Position numbers and translations under genes: made by a program. This document shows positions 38,113 to 47,578 of a stretch of DNA of 64,000 bases, one piece after another. The number at the start of each line of letters is the position of its first letter. Positions within the stretch are counted from its first letter, which is position 1. Location of the stretch: IMG/VR virus record IMGVR_UViG_3300020469_003050, positions 1 to 64,000 of that record. One strand, written 5' to 3'. Under the pieces are notes generated by a model that was not told the DNA's origin, ran no database searches, and saw nothing but the letters and a program-made list of their open reading frames with translations.

Positions 38113-38403
38113 ATGGCGAGAATTGGACGTAAACGGGTCCTGCAATGGATCAAAGAAGACTACAACACTAACCCGATAAGATTTACTACAGAGGTTAGTG
38201 GGATGACCTTAAACTTAATGGCCGCAATAATATTAATGTGGTACAGCCCAAATCCTCCAATGTTTTGGGCTTACATTTTCTTCATACTAGCTAGTGGATT
38301 ATTAATGGTGGCGGCTTTTAGTCGTAAATCATTTGGATTTACTTTTATGTATATCGTTTATTTGATGATAGATGGTATAGGTTTTCTAAAAACTCTAATT
38401 TGA
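38113..38403 (+). CDS. hypothetical 3-TM membrane protein
   Basis: Three hydrophobic segments. Confidence 0.7.
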   Translation: MARIGRKRVLQWIKEDYNTNPIRFTTEVSGMTLNLMAAIILMWYSPNPPMFWAYIFFILASGLLMVAAFSRKSFGFTFMYIVYLMIDGIGFLKTLI

Positions 38404-38574
38404 TTATTTTTTCTTAGCGACTGAACCCTTGTTCCGTCCTTTTTTTATAACGTAGTCTTGTGTGCCATTTGCACCGGTCTCTACTTCTTTTCTTAAAAAT
38501 CTTGCAAGTAATTTTTCTTTTGTATCACGTAATACTTTAGCAGTGTATCCTGTAAGTGATTTAGTATCTCTCAT
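38404..38574 (-). CDS. small basic protein (56 aa, not in the ORF track)
   Basis: AAGGA RBS; MRDTKSLTGYTAKVLRDTKEKLLARFLRKEVETGANGTQDYVIKKGRNKGSVAKKK. Confidence 0.7.
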   Translation of the reverse strand: MRDTKSLTGYTAKVLRDTKEKLLARFLRKEVETGANGTQDYVIKKGRNKGSVAKKK

Positions 38575-38586
38575 AAATTCCTTGTA

Positions 38587-38856
38587 TTAATCTTCATCGT
38601 ATGTGGTAACACCTGAACGATTAGCACCACTAGTATCTCTTTCATTAATATCAGACATTTCTTGTCTAAACGCAACACAGTCTGCCTCTGTTGCAAAAGA
38701 GATTTTAGTGTACTCTCCGCCTAGACTTGATAAAATATCTCTTTCTAGTATTTTACCTTCATCTACATAACGGTCATAAATTACCTGTGCTTCATCTGAG
38801 CATTGGTTACCGTTCTCGTTAGTACCTTCATTTTTAAATCTTAGTATATGTGGCAT
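38587..38856 (-). CDS. hypothetical protein
   Basis: GGGAG RBS; minus-strand GATAAATA at 38879-38886. Confidence 0.7.
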   Translation of the reverse strand: MPHILRFKNEGTNENGNQCSDEAQVIYDRYVDEGKILERDILSSLGGEYTKISFATEADCVAFRQEMSDINERDTSGANRSGVTTYDED

Positions 38857-38890
38857 CTTTATCTCCCTAATATACTACTATTTATCTATT

Positions 38891-39310
38891 TTATGCTACA
38901 GTGATAGCAAAACGCCAATCTGTAATATTTCTTACTGTATGATGTGTGTTTACTGACAGTTTATACCATTCTTCTTTAGGTAAAATGACAGTATCTATTG
39001 GATTTTGTGAAGTTTTTTCTTCAAACCAGCATGTCTCAACATTATCTCCTCCTGGAGATATGATATAGTTTATTGCAAAATCTCTGCCTCTATCGATATG
39101 CACTGGTATATCTTCTGTTAATGTTTGATATCTAAACTTAGTACAATCGGGGAATAAGGGTTGTAGATATTCTCTTAACTCAGATTGACATTCATGTATT
39201 GTATAATTCTTACTTTTACCACCAAATATATTTTCAAGTTTTAATACTTCATACATTGGTAATATTAAATTATCTGGTACCTTTGGTAAGTCTAATTTGG
39301 TGTAGTTCAT
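38891..39310 (-). CDS. cupin/2OG-Fe(II) oxygenase-like protein
   Basis: HID...H metal triad, terminal R. Confidence 0.6.
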   Translation of the reverse strand: MNYTKLDLPKVPDNLILPMYEVLKLENIFGGKSKNYTIHECQSELREYLQPLFPDCTKFRYQTLTEDIPVHIDRGRDFAINYIISPGGDNVETCWFEEKTSQNPIDTVILPKEEWYKLSVNTHHTVRNITDWRFAITVA

Positions 39311-39987
39311 AATAGTAACTCTTTCAACGTTGGTATACTATCAGTGCTTAATGAAATAAAAAATTGATATACGTTATCACCGATAGAACTTGCATCATGT
39401 ATTACATGTGTATCTGTTATATATAATCTACCTGCTTCTATATCTTTTTCTCTTACTAAATCATATGATAGATTACCCTCTGCCACTTCTCTTGGACTGG
39501 CTGTTTTTCTATCTTTATCAAATTGAAATATCATATTATCTGGATCATTGGTTCCCCATAGTCTAATAATATCACTAGGTATTTTAGTATCTGTATGTGG
39601 TTTAAAATGTCCAGTAGTATGCCACTTTAATATAGCACTTCTATACATAAAAGGTTTAATTGGTTCAAGAGGATCAAAGCATGATTCTGATAACATTGGA
39701 GTAGGTGAAGTACATTTCGGGTCACGTACTTTATCTTCTTCTTTCTTTCCTTCGTTCCATTGATTTAATGGATAACATATAGGTTCTGGATTGTTGAACA
39801 TATCTCCGTTTAAATTAACGAGAGGAGCTCCATATCTTGGATATTCAGTGTGTTTAGTACCCCAACGTCTAAATGCATATCTGTATTCATGCATTTGTTC
39901 TTCAAACAAATTTACATCAATTTTCATATCAAGAGGTTGTAATACAGTTGGATGAAACTTATTATATTCTTCTAGTCCTAATGACAT
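39307..39987 (-). CDS. 2OG-Fe(II) oxygenase-like (Asp/Asn beta-hydroxylase-type) protein
   Basis: RSAIL...GHFKPHTD...IRL...GRLYITDT...H. Confidence 0.6.
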   Translation of the reverse strand: MSLGLEEYNKFHPTVLQPLDMKIDVNLFEEQMHEYRYAFRRWGTKHTEYPRYGAPLVNLNGDMFNNPEPICYPLNQWNEGKKEEDKVRDPKCTSPTPMLSESCFDPLEPIKPFMYRSAILKWHTTGHFKPHTDTKIPSDIIRLWGTNDPDNMIFQFDKDRKTASPREVAEGNLSYDLVREKDIEAGRLYITDTHVIHDASSIGDNVYQFFISLSTDSIPTLKELLL

Positions 39988-40002
39988 TTCGTGTCCTTTA
40001 CA

Positions 40003-40590
40003 TTAATAGTAACCGAAAGCCCAATACTTCTCTTTACACCACCAACATTCTTTACATGGTCTAGGCAGACTTTCACTTTCACAACTGATAGTTAAGTTTG
40101 CTAGGTCTTGTAAATTATGTTCGTTATATAATTCTGCTACCGTTTGTTTAGTACTATTTATAAACGGACGATAATGATATACCCCATGTGATGAGATTAC
40201 TCTAATTTCTCGCTTTTTGTCTCTACTTTCATCACGTCCTTCTGTCATTAATTCAGAGGGATTAAGTGTCATACCAGTTAAGATACCTGATGCTTGATGT
40301 TTATTAATAAGTCTATCTCTAGTTTTGGTTCTGTTGTTTCGTGCTTCATTTCTGTCTTTATAGTATCCAATATAATGTTCTTCAATTCTGTTTGGAAATC
40401 TTGCATGTAACCAATTCGTAATTGCTATTACATTAAATAGATTATAGTAATTTAAAGATTGATGACATACACTACTTAAGACCAGCTTTGTATTTGGTAA
40501 CTCTTTTAGAACTAGATAAGAGAGCAACGCACTATCAAGTCCGCCACTCAACATCATTACATATGTTCCAGAGTTAGGTATGTCTTTCAT
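40003..40590 (-). CDS. QueC-like PP-loop ATPase
   Basis: LSGGLDS PP-loop; TISC...PCKECWWCKE Zn motif. Confidence 0.75.
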   Translation of the reverse strand: MKDIPNSGTYVMMLSGGLDSALLSYLVLKELPNTKLVLSSVCHQSLNYYNLFNVIAITNWLHARFPNRIEEHYIGYYKDRNEARNNRTKTRDRLINKHQASGILTGMTLNPSELMTEGRDESRDKKREIRVISSHGVYHYRPFINSTKQTVAELYNEHNLQDLANLTISCESESLPRPCKECWWCKEKYWAFGYY

Positions 40591-41291
40591 TATTTTATAC
40601 CAGTAAAACTACGATGTACTGTGTTATCCAGAACTTTTTTATAATCTTTGTTCTTAGTTAAATCTTTCAATTTAGAATCTTGTGAAATTAATTCTTCTTC
40701 ACTTCTAAATTCAGATGGTAGACCAAGTTTTTCAAACACTTCATATATTGATAGTTGTTGTAAATCAAAGAAGTTTTCTATATTTGTATTTTCTATATTA
40801 ATTTGTTTAATCATACGTGCATCATTTTCGTACCAATCATAATGTGGATACGATATATCCCAACCACCTACTTTGTTTCTCCACCAATCAAAACAAAAAT
40901 CAGATGGCATATACACAGCCATAATCTTTGATTTTGGAAATAAGTCTTGTAGTAAAGGAAGATGATATGCAAACCAATGACTTTTTATTATCTTAACACC
41001 ATAGTTAAAATCTTTATATGGCTTTTTGAATTCTTTTATAATTTCATCTTTTGTCATATCTTGTAGATTATCAAATCTTTGACCTTGATTATGATATGGA
41101 CCCCAATAAGCACCTCGATGCCAACCATACTGTTTTGTTTTACCATTAGGTGTAACATAGTCTCTGGCGTATTCTAGTTCGCTTCTTTCATCACTAATAT
41201 TAATATTTGGATTAGTACTAATAGCACGTAAGGTGCCACTCCATCTACTTCCAGGAGCACCCGTTGCCAATATTAAATCTTGTCCGTCCAT
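40590..41291 (-). CDS. P-loop sulfotransferase/kinase-like protein
   Basis: TGAPGSRWS, IIKSH; paralog of 42364-43077. Confidence 0.55.
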   Translation of the reverse strand: MDGQDLILATGAPGSRWSGTLRAISTNPNINISDERSELEYARDYVTPNGKTKQYGWHRGAYWGPYHNQGQRFDNLQDMTKDEIIKEFKKPYKDFNYGVKIIKSHWFAYHLPLLQDLFPKSKIMAVYMPSDFCFDWWRNKVGGWDISYPHYDWYENDARMIKQINIENTNIENFFDLQQLSIYEVFEKLGLPSEFRSEEELISQDSKLKDLTKNKDYKKVLDNTVHRSFTGIK

Positions 41292-42364
41292 AATTTTTCT
41301 CTGCTATTGTGTGATAGAACTTTTTTAAGTGCTAGTTTAGAACTTATACCATCGAATTGTAAATTGCAGTGGTCGTTCCCATAGCATATTGTATCTTCTG
41401 GTAATCTCCATAAGAAGTCTATTGCATTTTGATAACTCTGTTTACTTGTCTTTAGTAAGTTACTTGGTATTCTTTTTAATGCTCCGTCCCACCATATTAT
41501 TCCTTGTCCATTAGTATCAATAGAACTAATATCTTTTATATTCATTCTATGCCACTTATGATTTAAACTTTTGTATTTGTTCCAGTGTTCTTGCCATTTG
41601 TCTCCAAAATGATTCTGTACATCTTCCCATACGACTTTCCATTTTCTATCTTCACTAGTAAATTTCTTTCTATTCCAAAGTGACATACTAGGAAATTTAT
41701 TGTTAAGATGTTCTATCCATGATTCAAAATCATTTCCATCCCAATTTTCAATAGTATACTTGTGAACATGAAGACTTATCTTTGAGATATCGACATGATG
41801 TATTACAGACTTCTCATTAAACCCATGATGGTCTAATATACAGTTAATGAAAAATCCACTACTTACTGTTATTGCCCAATCAACTGGCTTAGTTACATTT
41901 CCGTAATTTGGTATTTCATTGTGCATTAGATATGTAATATTACTATCATCAATTAAACTTGTTAAAATGATATCATGGCTATTATAAAATTCTTCTGCAC
42001 TATCTGTGTTTAACTTGTGAATAAACTTTGCTTTTACATGGGTTGTACCTTCGCCCAATGGTTTATGAAACCAAACATCATCACTAAAATGTATATACTC
42101 ATGCTTTGATGCTTCTATCATTTCTTTATAATGATGTTCATATGCACCCCACAAGAATATAGTTCCAGCATTAACAACCATAACAATATCATAGTCATGT
42201 AAGTAAGTGTAACTGTCCATTACATAATAATCAACTTGATTTTCTGTTGGTAATCTATTACATTCTTGATAATCTAAACTTAATTGTGTGTAATTTAGAG
42301 CAATCTTATCGTGGTGTTCATTTCCATTTTTAAGTACAACGATTGCATATTTTAGTTTTGTCAT
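41273..42364 (-). CDS. hypothetical protein
   Basis: 363-aa ORF within the cassette. Confidence 0.7.
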   Translation of the reverse strand: MTKLKYAIVVLKNGNEHHDKIALNYTQLSLDYQECNRLPTENQVDYYVMDSYTYLHDYDIVMVVNAGTIFLWGAYEHHYKEMIEASKHEYIHFSDDVWFHKPLGEGTTHVKAKFIHKLNTDSAEEFYNSHDIILTSLIDDSNITYLMHNEIPNYGNVTKPVDWAITVSSGFFINCILDHHGFNEKSVIHHVDISKISLHVHKYTIENWDGNDFESWIEHLNNKFPSMSLWNRKKFTSEDRKWKVVWEDVQNHFGDKWQEHWNKYKSLNHKWHRMNIKDISSIDTNGQGIIWWDGALKRIPSNLLKTSKQSYQNAIDFLWRLPEDTICYGNDHCNLQFDGISSKLALKKVLSHNSREKLWTDKI

Positions 42365-43077
42365 TATAATCTTTCATCTATCCTATCAAAGTTATAATAA
42401 GCAATATGAGTGTCTAACGTAACGTCCCTACTAGGATCATTCTTTTCGAAGAAATAACCTTCTATACTTTTTATAAATCTATTCTCACTATCAGTTATAT
42501 CCCAATAGTCTTTCCAATGTTTACTTGTTGCAGTATGTACTGTTAAGTTTCTGTTAAATATCCATTGTCTAGCATCTTTAGTTTCTTCTTTAATATATTC
42601 ACGTGCAGTTTCTTCATCTTTGTAATGATTATGATACTTTGGATAAGTTATATCGAAGCCCCCTGCTCCGAACCAACCTCTGTAACAACTTTCAATTGGT
42701 CTGAATACAATCATTATTTTACTTTTAGGAAAAGTCTCTGCAATGAAATCTAAATTGTTAGATATCATATGTGATTTTACAATTCTATATTCAGTTGGCT
42801 TTTCTTCTTTCCAGGCTTTGTCTATTTCATTTAAGATTTCTTGTTTTGTAAACTTATTAATCTCATGCCAGCCTTCACCTAGTTCCATACCTGTACCGAA
42901 ATAACTTCCTAAGTGTTGTGCCTTATTAAACTTAGTTGGGTGAGTATATTCTCTATCTGCATTTCTATCAGTAGTATTGATGTTAATCTTTTTTGTCATA
43001 GACAATACATTACTGACTGCACTCCATTTACTTCCAGGAGCACCTGTGAAAAATATCAATTTACTTTCATCTACCAT
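42364..43077 (-). CDS. P-loop sulfotransferase/kinase-like protein
   Basis: TGAPGSKWS, IVKSH, FPKSKIM, GGFDITYPKY. Confidence 0.55.
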   Translation of the reverse strand: MVDESKLIFFTGAPGSKWSAVSNVLSMTKKININTTDRNADREYTHPTKFNKAQHLGSYFGTGMELGEGWHEINKFTKQEILNEIDKAWKEEKPTEYRIVKSHMISNNLDFIAETFPKSKIMIVFRPIESCYRGWFGAGGFDITYPKYHNHYKDEETAREYIKEETKDARQWIFNRNLTVHTATSKHWKDYWDITDSENRFIKSIEGYFFEKNDPSRDVTLDTHIAYYNFDRIDERL

Positions 43078-43864
43078 CTAAAAATCTCTTTATTCTTCGC
43101 CATTTACTATATCTATTTGGCGAAATAGTTAATACGTTATCATGGCTATAAGATTCTCTATCCCAACTTCTTTCTGCAATAGGAGAGTATACATGTTCCC
43201 AATATTCATCATCGTATTTGTCCATGTACTTTGTTTTATATTTATCCCACGCCCATATATCTCTTACAGTAAAATCAGAACCTAACTCTTTTGATATAGT
43301 TTGCAGTTTTTTACCGTATACAGTATTCTCTCCTCCTACCCATTTCATTTTAACATGACCTGGGAATAGTGCAGTAGTTTCTGTATATCTTGAGGCGATA
43401 GTATAATCATCACCTATTAGATTTATTATCTTTGCTTTAGGAAATCTTTTATTTAATTTAATCGGGTGTTCATGTGTACAGAAAACTAATCTATTCTTCT
43501 TCATTAATTCTCGACCACCCATCTTTTCAAAACGTGGATAGAAGAATCTATTGTAATAATATTCTTCATCAGGTATAAAATCTTTTACGTAATCATGTAG
43601 TGGAGGTAAAGCACCTTTTGGTACTAATCTATCATAGTGATATTTACTTGCATATCTTTGTCTGATATCTGTATGTTTGAAATGAATGTTCCAAGGATTA
43701 ATTCCATTATCTTTATGACTATACCAATGTATATCAGGTAGACAAGATATTACACGACCTACTCTGTGTCCTTTGTTTCCTTGTTCAAATGATATGAATA
43801 TTAATCTACTACCGTCTAACACTCTTTCTTCCCATATAATAATAGTGACCATCTTCTTTTGCAA
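43067..43864 (-). CDS. hypothetical protein, possible sulfotransferase-like fold
   Basis: FISFEQGNKGH, TH, FPKAKII; start uncertain. Confidence 0.5.
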   Translation of the reverse strand: MQKKMVTIIIWEERVLDGSRLIFISFEQGNKGHRVGRVISCLPDIHWYSHKDNGINPWNIHFKHTDIRQRYASKYHYDRLVPKGALPPLHDYVKDFIPDEEYYYNRFFYPRFEKMGGRELMKKNRLVFCTHEHPIKLNKRFPKAKIINLIGDDYTIASRYTETTALFPGHVKMKWVGGENTVYGKKLQTISKELGSDFTVRDIWAWDKYKTKYMDKYDDEYWEHVYSPIAERSWDRESYSHDNVLTISPNRYSKWRRIKRFLDGR

Positions 43865-44519
43865 CTATGTCGCCTGTAGCAAACCAATCGTCATAAACAC
43901 ATATGTCACCTTTTACATATAGTTCACCATCGACAATCTTTGTATCACAATGAGTTTCACTACCCATTATTGTTTCTGTTGTCTGTACTTTTATACCAGG
44001 CACAAATGTTCTATTGATTGCAACTGGACCAACTTCTGTCATACCCCAATTAACAATAAAGATTGCACCTCTATCAATAAAGTTTTGTATAATGCCACTT
44101 TGTACTCTGTCACTGCCACACATAATGATTTTATCTTCTAAGTTTAGACTATCGAAACTCTTTGTCTTCATTATCGCTCTTGCCATATCAGGTGTTAAGT
44201 GACTGTGCGTAAAATCTTTTATCTTTCTTACCCAAGAAAATGCATTAAACTTTTCTACTTCAATTTCTGCATTGACTTCATAACCTGGTAATGTTTGTGC
44301 CAGTAATCCACCTGCATGTTTTAATGTACATACGGTTAATATCTTACTGTCCTTATCTATGCCTTGCACTTCTCTAGCAATAGCATTCGCATATCTTAAC
44401 TTTTCTGGTGGCTGAAAGATATTCTTAGGAGTACCTGTTGAACCACTACTTTGTAGTATACAGCCCTCCATAATCATATCATCAAATTCGTTTTTAGTTA
44501 TACTGTCTTCTAATTTCAT
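43809..44519 (-). CDS. compact AMP-dependent ligase (ANL adenylation family)
   Basis: SSGSTGTPK, WGMTE, GEL, TGD, GR motifs; only 236 aa. Confidence 0.8.
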   Translation of the reverse strand: MKLEDSITKNEFDDMIMEGCILQSSGSTGTPKNIFQPPEKLRYANAIAREVQGIDKDSKILTVCTLKHAGGLLAQTLPGYEVNAEIEVEKFNAFSWVRKIKDFTHSHLTPDMARAIMKTKSFDSLNLEDKIIMCGSDRVQSGIIQNFIDRGAIFIVNWGMTEVGPVAINRTFVPGIKVQTTETIMGSETHCDTKIVDGELYVKGDICVYDDWFATGDIVAKEDGHYYYMGRKSVRR

Positions 44520-45033
44520 TATATTTTTCTACGTTTAATATCCATGTGTTTTGATTAACACTAAAAATTTCACTTACACCTAAGTTCTTAACTAGGTCTA
44601 TCTTTTCTAAATGATAAAATGTTTTATCAATTCTATTCATCTTTCCACTTGCATCATGTTCAGTATTTGTAGTGATATAAATGAATAGGTTATCTAAATC
44701 TGTTTCTTTACTTGATGCATAATCTATTTGATATGGTAGCTGACTATGAAAGCAATAACTTTGCATGTGATGTCTATTCAACCCTATCTTTTTACTTTCA
44801 GTCTGTACACCTCTAAACAATGCTCTCCACCCATTAGCCCATGGATGTATTCCGCTGACACTAACCATACGTTCATCAACGTAGGTTGCATGCCACATAC
44901 CACCTTGTTCTAAACACCAATCAAACTTCATATCTTCCAATGTGCTATTATTGTTGAAGCCTTTTGCTTCACATGTTTTTAGAAAGTTTTCAAGTTCGGG
45001 TGTTACTATATGTAGTTCCTTAGTAATAATCAT
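44494..45033 (-). CDS. putative GNAT-like acyltransferase
   Basis: Weak: VSVSGI strand, RALFRG; ATG 45033 preferred over TTG 45042. Confidence 0.4.
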   Translation of the reverse strand: MIITKELHIVTPELENFLKTCEAKGFNNNSTLEDMKFDWCLEQGGMWHATYVDERMVSVSGIHPWANGWRALFRGVQTESKKIGLNRHHMQSYCFHSQLPYQIDYASSKETDLDNLFIYITTNTEHDASGKMNRIDKTFYHLEKIDLVKNLGVSEIFSVNQNTWILNVEKYNEIRRQYN

Positions 45034-45044
45034 GCTTGACAATA

Positions 45045-45052
45045 TATTTATA
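45045..45052 (-). promoter_or_regulatory. late promoter TATAAATA heading the reverse cassette
   Basis: Exact consensus on the minus strand just upstream of ATG 45033. Confidence 0.55.
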
Positions 45053-45095
45053 TACTGATATTATACATGATAAATAATACGAAGTCAATAGAAAA

Positions 45096-45170
45096 GCGGG
45101 CGTAACTCAGTGGTAGAGTCCCTCGTTGCCAACGAGGTTGTCGTGAGTTCGAATCTCATCGCCCGCTCCA
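45096..45170 (+). tRNA. tRNA-Gly(GCC)
   Basis: GCGGGCG/CGCCCGC, CCTCG-TTGCCAA-CGAGG, TCCA. Confidence 0.96.
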
Positions 45171-45177
45171 TTTCTAA

Positions 45178-45253
45178 GGGGCATTAGCTCAGTTGGGAGA
45201 GCGCCTGATTTGCATTCAGGAGGTCGTGGGTTCGACTCCCTCATGCTCCACCA
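45178..45253 (+). tRNA. tRNA-Ala(TGC)
   Basis: GGGGCAT/ATGCTCC with G3:U70, CCTGA-TTTGCAT-TCAGG, ACCA. Confidence 0.96.
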
Positions 45254-45273
45254 TAACATAAAAGGAGAGGAAT

Positions 45274-45468
45274 ATGGTATGGATACTCATATGGTTACAA
45301 TTAGCAGGAAATCAAAACATGGACTATTATCACATAGACACGTTTGATACATTAGATGCCTGTGTAGAAGAATTATCAACGGCCTCAGTCTTAGTTACTC
45401 ACAAAAATGCAACAATAGACTGTATTCCCGTAAAAACAACAAGAGAAGTAGAAATTCAAGTCAAATAA
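45274..45468 (+). CDS. hypothetical small protein
   Basis: Strong RBS AGGAGAGG; two Cys. Confidence 0.7.
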   Translation: MVWILIWLQLAGNQNMDYYHIDTFDTLDACVEELSTASVLVTHKNATIDCIPVKTTREVEIQVK

Positions 45469-45471
45469 GTA

Positions 45472-45501
45472 TTGACTTTTACTACTAAAGTATGATATAA
45501 T
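45472..45501 (+). promoter_or_regulatory. sigma70-type promoter
   Basis: TTGACT-N18-TATAAT with TG extension. Confidence 0.65.
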
Positions 45502-45527
45502 TTACTCTTAATAATCATTAGATTATT

Positions 45528-45604
45528 GGGGGTGTAGTTCAGTTGGTTAGAACGCTTGCCTGTCACGCAAGAGGCCGAGGGTTCGAGTCCCTTCACTCCC
45601 GCCA
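45528..45604 (+). tRNA. tRNA-Asp(GTC)
   Basis: CTTGC-CTGTCAC-GCAAG, TTCGAGT, GCCA. Confidence 0.95.
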
Positions 45605-45637
45605 AAAAATATAAGAAATGTCTAAGGAGGACAATTT

Positions 45638-47125
45638 ATGAACATAACATTAATGCTACTATTCATTGTAGCCGTAGGATTTGTAGCCTACAAGTCTAAA
45701 GGGGATAATTACTTTCTGACAACATCAGATAGCAATATGAACCTTGGGCTTTCTTATGGAGCAACGTTAATTTCAACGTCTGCTATCATAGGCTTTGGAG
45801 GTCTAGCTGGTTGGATTGGATTTTCTATTCCACTCACAATGATTATTCCATTTGTGGGTCTTATATATCTTGCGACTGTTTATATAGGTCCAAAGGTATA
45901 CAAAGCTAACAAGAAAATTAAAGCCAAAACGTATATTGAAATGATTGGTAAACATTATAACACACCAATGATTTCAAAATTACTAGCACTCATTACTGTG
46001 GGATTAATTCCATTCTATTGTGTTGCAGTTCTTATAGGTGTCGGTAAATTTATTACTGCATTTACAGGAATTGACTTTACTTTAGCAGTAGTTGGTTTTA
46101 GTATTCTAGTTTTTGGAACTATCGCATACGGTGGAATGAGTTCTGTACTTAAAAATGATATGGTACAAGGTGTCATTGTCATTGCAGGGTCACTTGTCGT
46201 ATTAGCAATCACAGTATTCGTGCATATGCAGGCTCCCGGTTTTTGGGATAACTTATCAGATGCATGGTTACTAGTACCAGAAGATGATGGATTGCGTAAA
46301 CTTAGTTTTACAGGATTTACTAGCTGGCCAGAGTTTTGGTCTAGAGGCTGGTTAATGATTACTACATTATTAGTATTCACTATTCCAGTAGGACTTATCA
46401 CTTTGCCTCAACTACAAACACGTTGGATGATGGCTAAAGATGAAAAGAGTTTTAAAACTATTGCAAATTGGGGTGTTATTATCCCAGGTCTAGCAATCAT
46501 AACGTTTATGTTAGCGGCAATCTCTGCCAACTCATATACGTTTGCTACAGAAGGTATGACAGTTGCACAAGCGGCTGGAGGAACTGCTAGTATTGTTCCT
46601 TATTGGATTAAGACAGGGTTCCCAGCATGGGTTTCTAGTGCTTTATTCTTAACTATTTTGGCGGCGGCGTTTACAACTCTTAATAGTTTGATGCATTTGT
46701 TATCAACAACAATAGCCAATGATATTATATCTACAAAGACACCAAGTCTTAAAGTAGCATATGGTTCGATGGTTGCAGTTATTTTACTAGCACTTTGGAT
46801 GACAATTCAATTCAATGGGCAAATGGCAATTATTGCACGTGCTACTGCATTATACTTTGGTATCATTGGTGCAAGTATGTTACCACTAGTCATTGGAATG
46901 GCAAGAGGACTATCTAATGGTCGTCATGCACTTGCAAGTTTTATTGGTGGTGCAGTAACAAGTATCGGTTGGGTACTATTCGTACACTTCAAAGAATCAA
47001 AGTTGTTCACTGGTATCACATATGATATTGGTGTGTATAACTTTGTTGAACCAATCGTTCCTGGTTTAATTGTATCTGGTGTAATCTTTATTGCACTAAC
47101 ATATATTAGACCAACAATCAAATAA
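45638..47125 (+). CDS. sodium:solute symporter (SSS family)
   Basis: ~13 TMs; ISTSAIIG.GG, YGGMSSV..ND..QG, LPQL..R, AAAFTT.NS. Confidence 0.88.
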   Translation: MNITLMLLFIVAVGFVAYKSKGDNYFLTTSDSNMNLGLSYGATLISTSAIIGFGGLAGWIGFSIPLTMIIPFVGLIYLATVYIGPKVYKANKKIKAKTYIEMIGKHYNTPMISKLLALITVGLIPFYCVAVLIGVGKFITAFTGIDFTLAVVGFSILVFGTIAYGGMSSVLKNDMVQGVIVIAGSLVVLAITVFVHMQAPGFWDNLSDAWLLVPEDDGLRKLSFTGFTSWPEFWSRGWLMITTLLVFTIPVGLITLPQLQTRWMMAKDEKSFKTIANWGVIIPGLAIITFMLAAISANSYTFATEGMTVAQAAGGTASIVPYWIKTGFPAWVSSALFLTILAAAFTTLNSLMHLLSTTIANDIISTKTPSLKVAYGSMVAVILLALWMTIQFNGQMAIIARATALYFGIIGASMLPLVIGMARGLSNGRHALASFIGGAVTSIGWVLFVHFKESKLFTGITYDIGVYNFVEPIVPGLIVSGVIFIALTYIRPTIK

Positions 47126-47132
47126 AGAAATG

Positions 47133-47158
47133 ATGCTCTCCTAGAAATAGGGGAGCAT
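47133..47158 (+). terminator. hairpin terminator
   Basis: ATGCTCTCCTA-GAAA-TAGGGGAGCAT. Confidence 0.75.
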
Positions 47159-47163
47159 TTCCA

Positions 47164-47171
47164 TATAAATA
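47164..47171 (+). promoter_or_regulatory. late promoter TATAAATA
   Basis: Exact consensus upstream of iscU. Confidence 0.6.
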
Positions 47172-47197
47172 CTATATTATCACTACACATAAAAGAT

Positions 47198-47578
47198 ATG
47201 GCATACAGTAAAAAAGTAATGGACCATTATAACAATCCACGTAATGTAGGTCGTTTCGATCCCAGTGTAGATAAAGTTGGAACTGGGATGGTAGGAGCGC
47301 CGGCATGTGGTGACGTAATGCGTTTACAGATACAAGTTGAAGACGGAGTTATAAAAGATGCTAAATTTAAAACTTATGGTTGCGGAAGTGCAATAGCAAG
47401 TTCAAGTTTAGTAACTGAAATGGTTAAGGGTAAGACATTGAAAGAGGCTCAAGAAATTAAAAACATGGACATAGTAGATGAGTTATCTTTACCTCCAGTA
47501 AAAATACATTGCAGTGTTTTAGCCGAAGATGCGATTAAATCCGCAATAGAAGATTTTAAAAGAAAGTACCACAGATAA
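47198..47578 (+). CDS. iscU: Fe-S cluster scaffold IscU
   Basis: YS.KVMDHY.NPRNVG, GAPACGD, FKTYGCGSA, LPPVKIHCS. Confidence 0.96.
   Translation: MAYSKKVMDHYNNPRNVGRFDPSVDKVGTGMVGAPACGDVMRLQIQVEDGVIKDAKFKTYGCGSAIASSSLVTEMVKGKTLKEAQEIKNMDIVDELSLPPVKIHCSVLAEDAIKSAIEDFKRKYHR

Noticed and set aside
40003-40590. 7-deazaguanine DNA modification pathway
   Set aside because: Only a divergent QueC-like gene; no folE/queD/queE/dpdA in the window
32209-47578. Bacterial chromosomal origin of the host-like genes
   Set aside because: They are interleaved with T4-type late promoters and phage genes, share the same codon style, and host operon partners such as iscS, hscA and fab genes are missing
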